Shown piece by piece: positions 62,994 through 64,000 of a stretch of DNA of 64,000 nt (positions are counted from its first letter, which is position 1; the number at the start of each line of letters is the position of its first letter). Origin of the DNA: Octopus sinensis (lineage: Eukaryota); contig NC_042999.1 in the NCBI RefSeq assembly GCF_006345805.1, forward strand, positions 144,522,001 to 144,586,000, written 5' to 3'. Below the pieces are notes generated by a model. It was not told the DNA's origin, did not search any database, and saw nothing but the letters and a program-made list of their open reading frames with translations. The position numbers were made by a program, and so were the translations under genes.

Positions 62994-63330
62994 TAATGTT
63001 TTTATAATTTTTGTTTTAATAAAATATACTAAATTTTTAAAATGTTATTCTCAGGTGCAGTATCTTAAGTACTTTCTAGTTTCCTCTAGAGGTGACAAAT
63101 TAGGCAAATTCTGCTGTAGAAATCTTGTTTTGTACTTTTCCAGGTATAATAACTTAAGAATATTAACATGCATGCTCCTGCATTTTTTGTTGTAATACAT
63201 AAATATGTGTGTGTATGTACACATACATCATCATTATTTTAATGTCTATTTTTCATGCTTGCATGGGTCAGACAGAGGTAGATATTTTATGACTAGATGA
63301 CCTTCCAACCCTCATCTCTTTCCAAACATG

Positions 63331-63887
63331 GTAATATTTCCCCATGGCTGGACATGTTTTCACAGAAGATTAGATTTCAGTTCCCATCTACCACTTGGCT
63401 TGGAACTAAAATAAAAAGGTGTCCAAAGTGCTATGCAGTGGGACTGAACCCAAAACCACCTAGTTGGGAAGCAAACTTCTTACTCACACAACCAGTGTGT
63501 GTGTGTGTGTGTGTCATAGTTCAGATGGAATTTGTTGAGGCAGATTTTTCTACAGCTGAGTGCCCTTCCTGTTGCCAACTTTTACCTGTTTCCAAGTAAA
63601 GTAATATTTCCCCATGGCTGGACATGTTTTCACAGAAGATTAGATTTCAGTTCCCATCTACCACTTGGCTTGGAACTAAAATAAAAAGGTGTCCAAAGTG
63701 CTATGCAGTGGGACTGAACCCAAAACCACCTAGTTGGGAAGCAAACTTCTTACTCACACAACCAGTGTGTGTGTGTGTGTGTGTCATAGTTCAGATGGAA
63801 TTTGTTGAGGCAGATTTTTCTACAGCTGAGTGCCCTTCCTGTTGCCAACTTTTACCTGTTTCCAAGTAAAGTAATATTTCCCCATGG
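63331..63887. repeat. Perfect 270-bp tandem duplication (2 copies plus 17 bp) made of SINE fragments
   Basis: 63331-63600 reads identically to 63601-63870, including the (TG)n length. Confidence 0.95.
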
Positions 63888-64000
63888 TCTGATATTTTCA
63901 CAGAATACTGGAATGAAGGACACCACTTGCATGATGGTGACGCTCAGTTACAAATGGAGATAGTAACATATAAAGCCTATATATCCTATATACCTATATC

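Larger units (their letters stand above)
60895..63196. mobile_element. Region bounded by ~200-bp imperfect inverted repeats and filled with nested DNA transposons
   Basis: 60895-61110 matches the reverse complement of 63000-63196 (GGAGCATGCATGTTAAT…AACAAGATTTCTACAGyAGAATTTGCCTAATTyGTCAC…AAAGTACTTAA). Confidence 0.8.

Overview
AT-rich eukaryotic (animal) genomic DNA, dominated by microsatellites and decayed transposable elements. The repeat repertoire suggests a coleoid cephalopod, probably Octopus; this is inferred from pattern recognition, not from a search. Only one convincing host ORF is present: a 230-aa type-I membrane protein on the minus strand (36292-36984) with a signal peptide, a hydrophilic ectodomain, one TM helix, a KCCCWKK motif and an acidic tail. 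Its stop codon overlaps a consensus splice donor, and several candidate minus-strand exons lie up- and downstream. The TE content includes at least five RTE-type LINE fragments (the best preserved has a PHD-like C4HC3 finger inserted in the RT region), three CR1/Jockey-group fragments, and Tc1/mariner elements of the DD34D, DD37D and DD41D types. There is also a pogo-like element inside a nest of MITEs, piggyBac- and hAT-type MITEs, and several tRNA-derived SINE families. The most unusual signals are a tRNA-headed SINE-like element carrying a minimal type-I hammerhead ribozyme (12831-13088), a second hammerhead fold with an expanded stem II (40845-40978), two long near-perfect hairpins (14863-14961 and 45901-46204), a tail-to-tail RTE pair, and a perfect 270-bp tandem duplication. 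Most ORFs in the supplied track are microsatellite or TE artefacts. Boundaries of degraded repeats are approximate.
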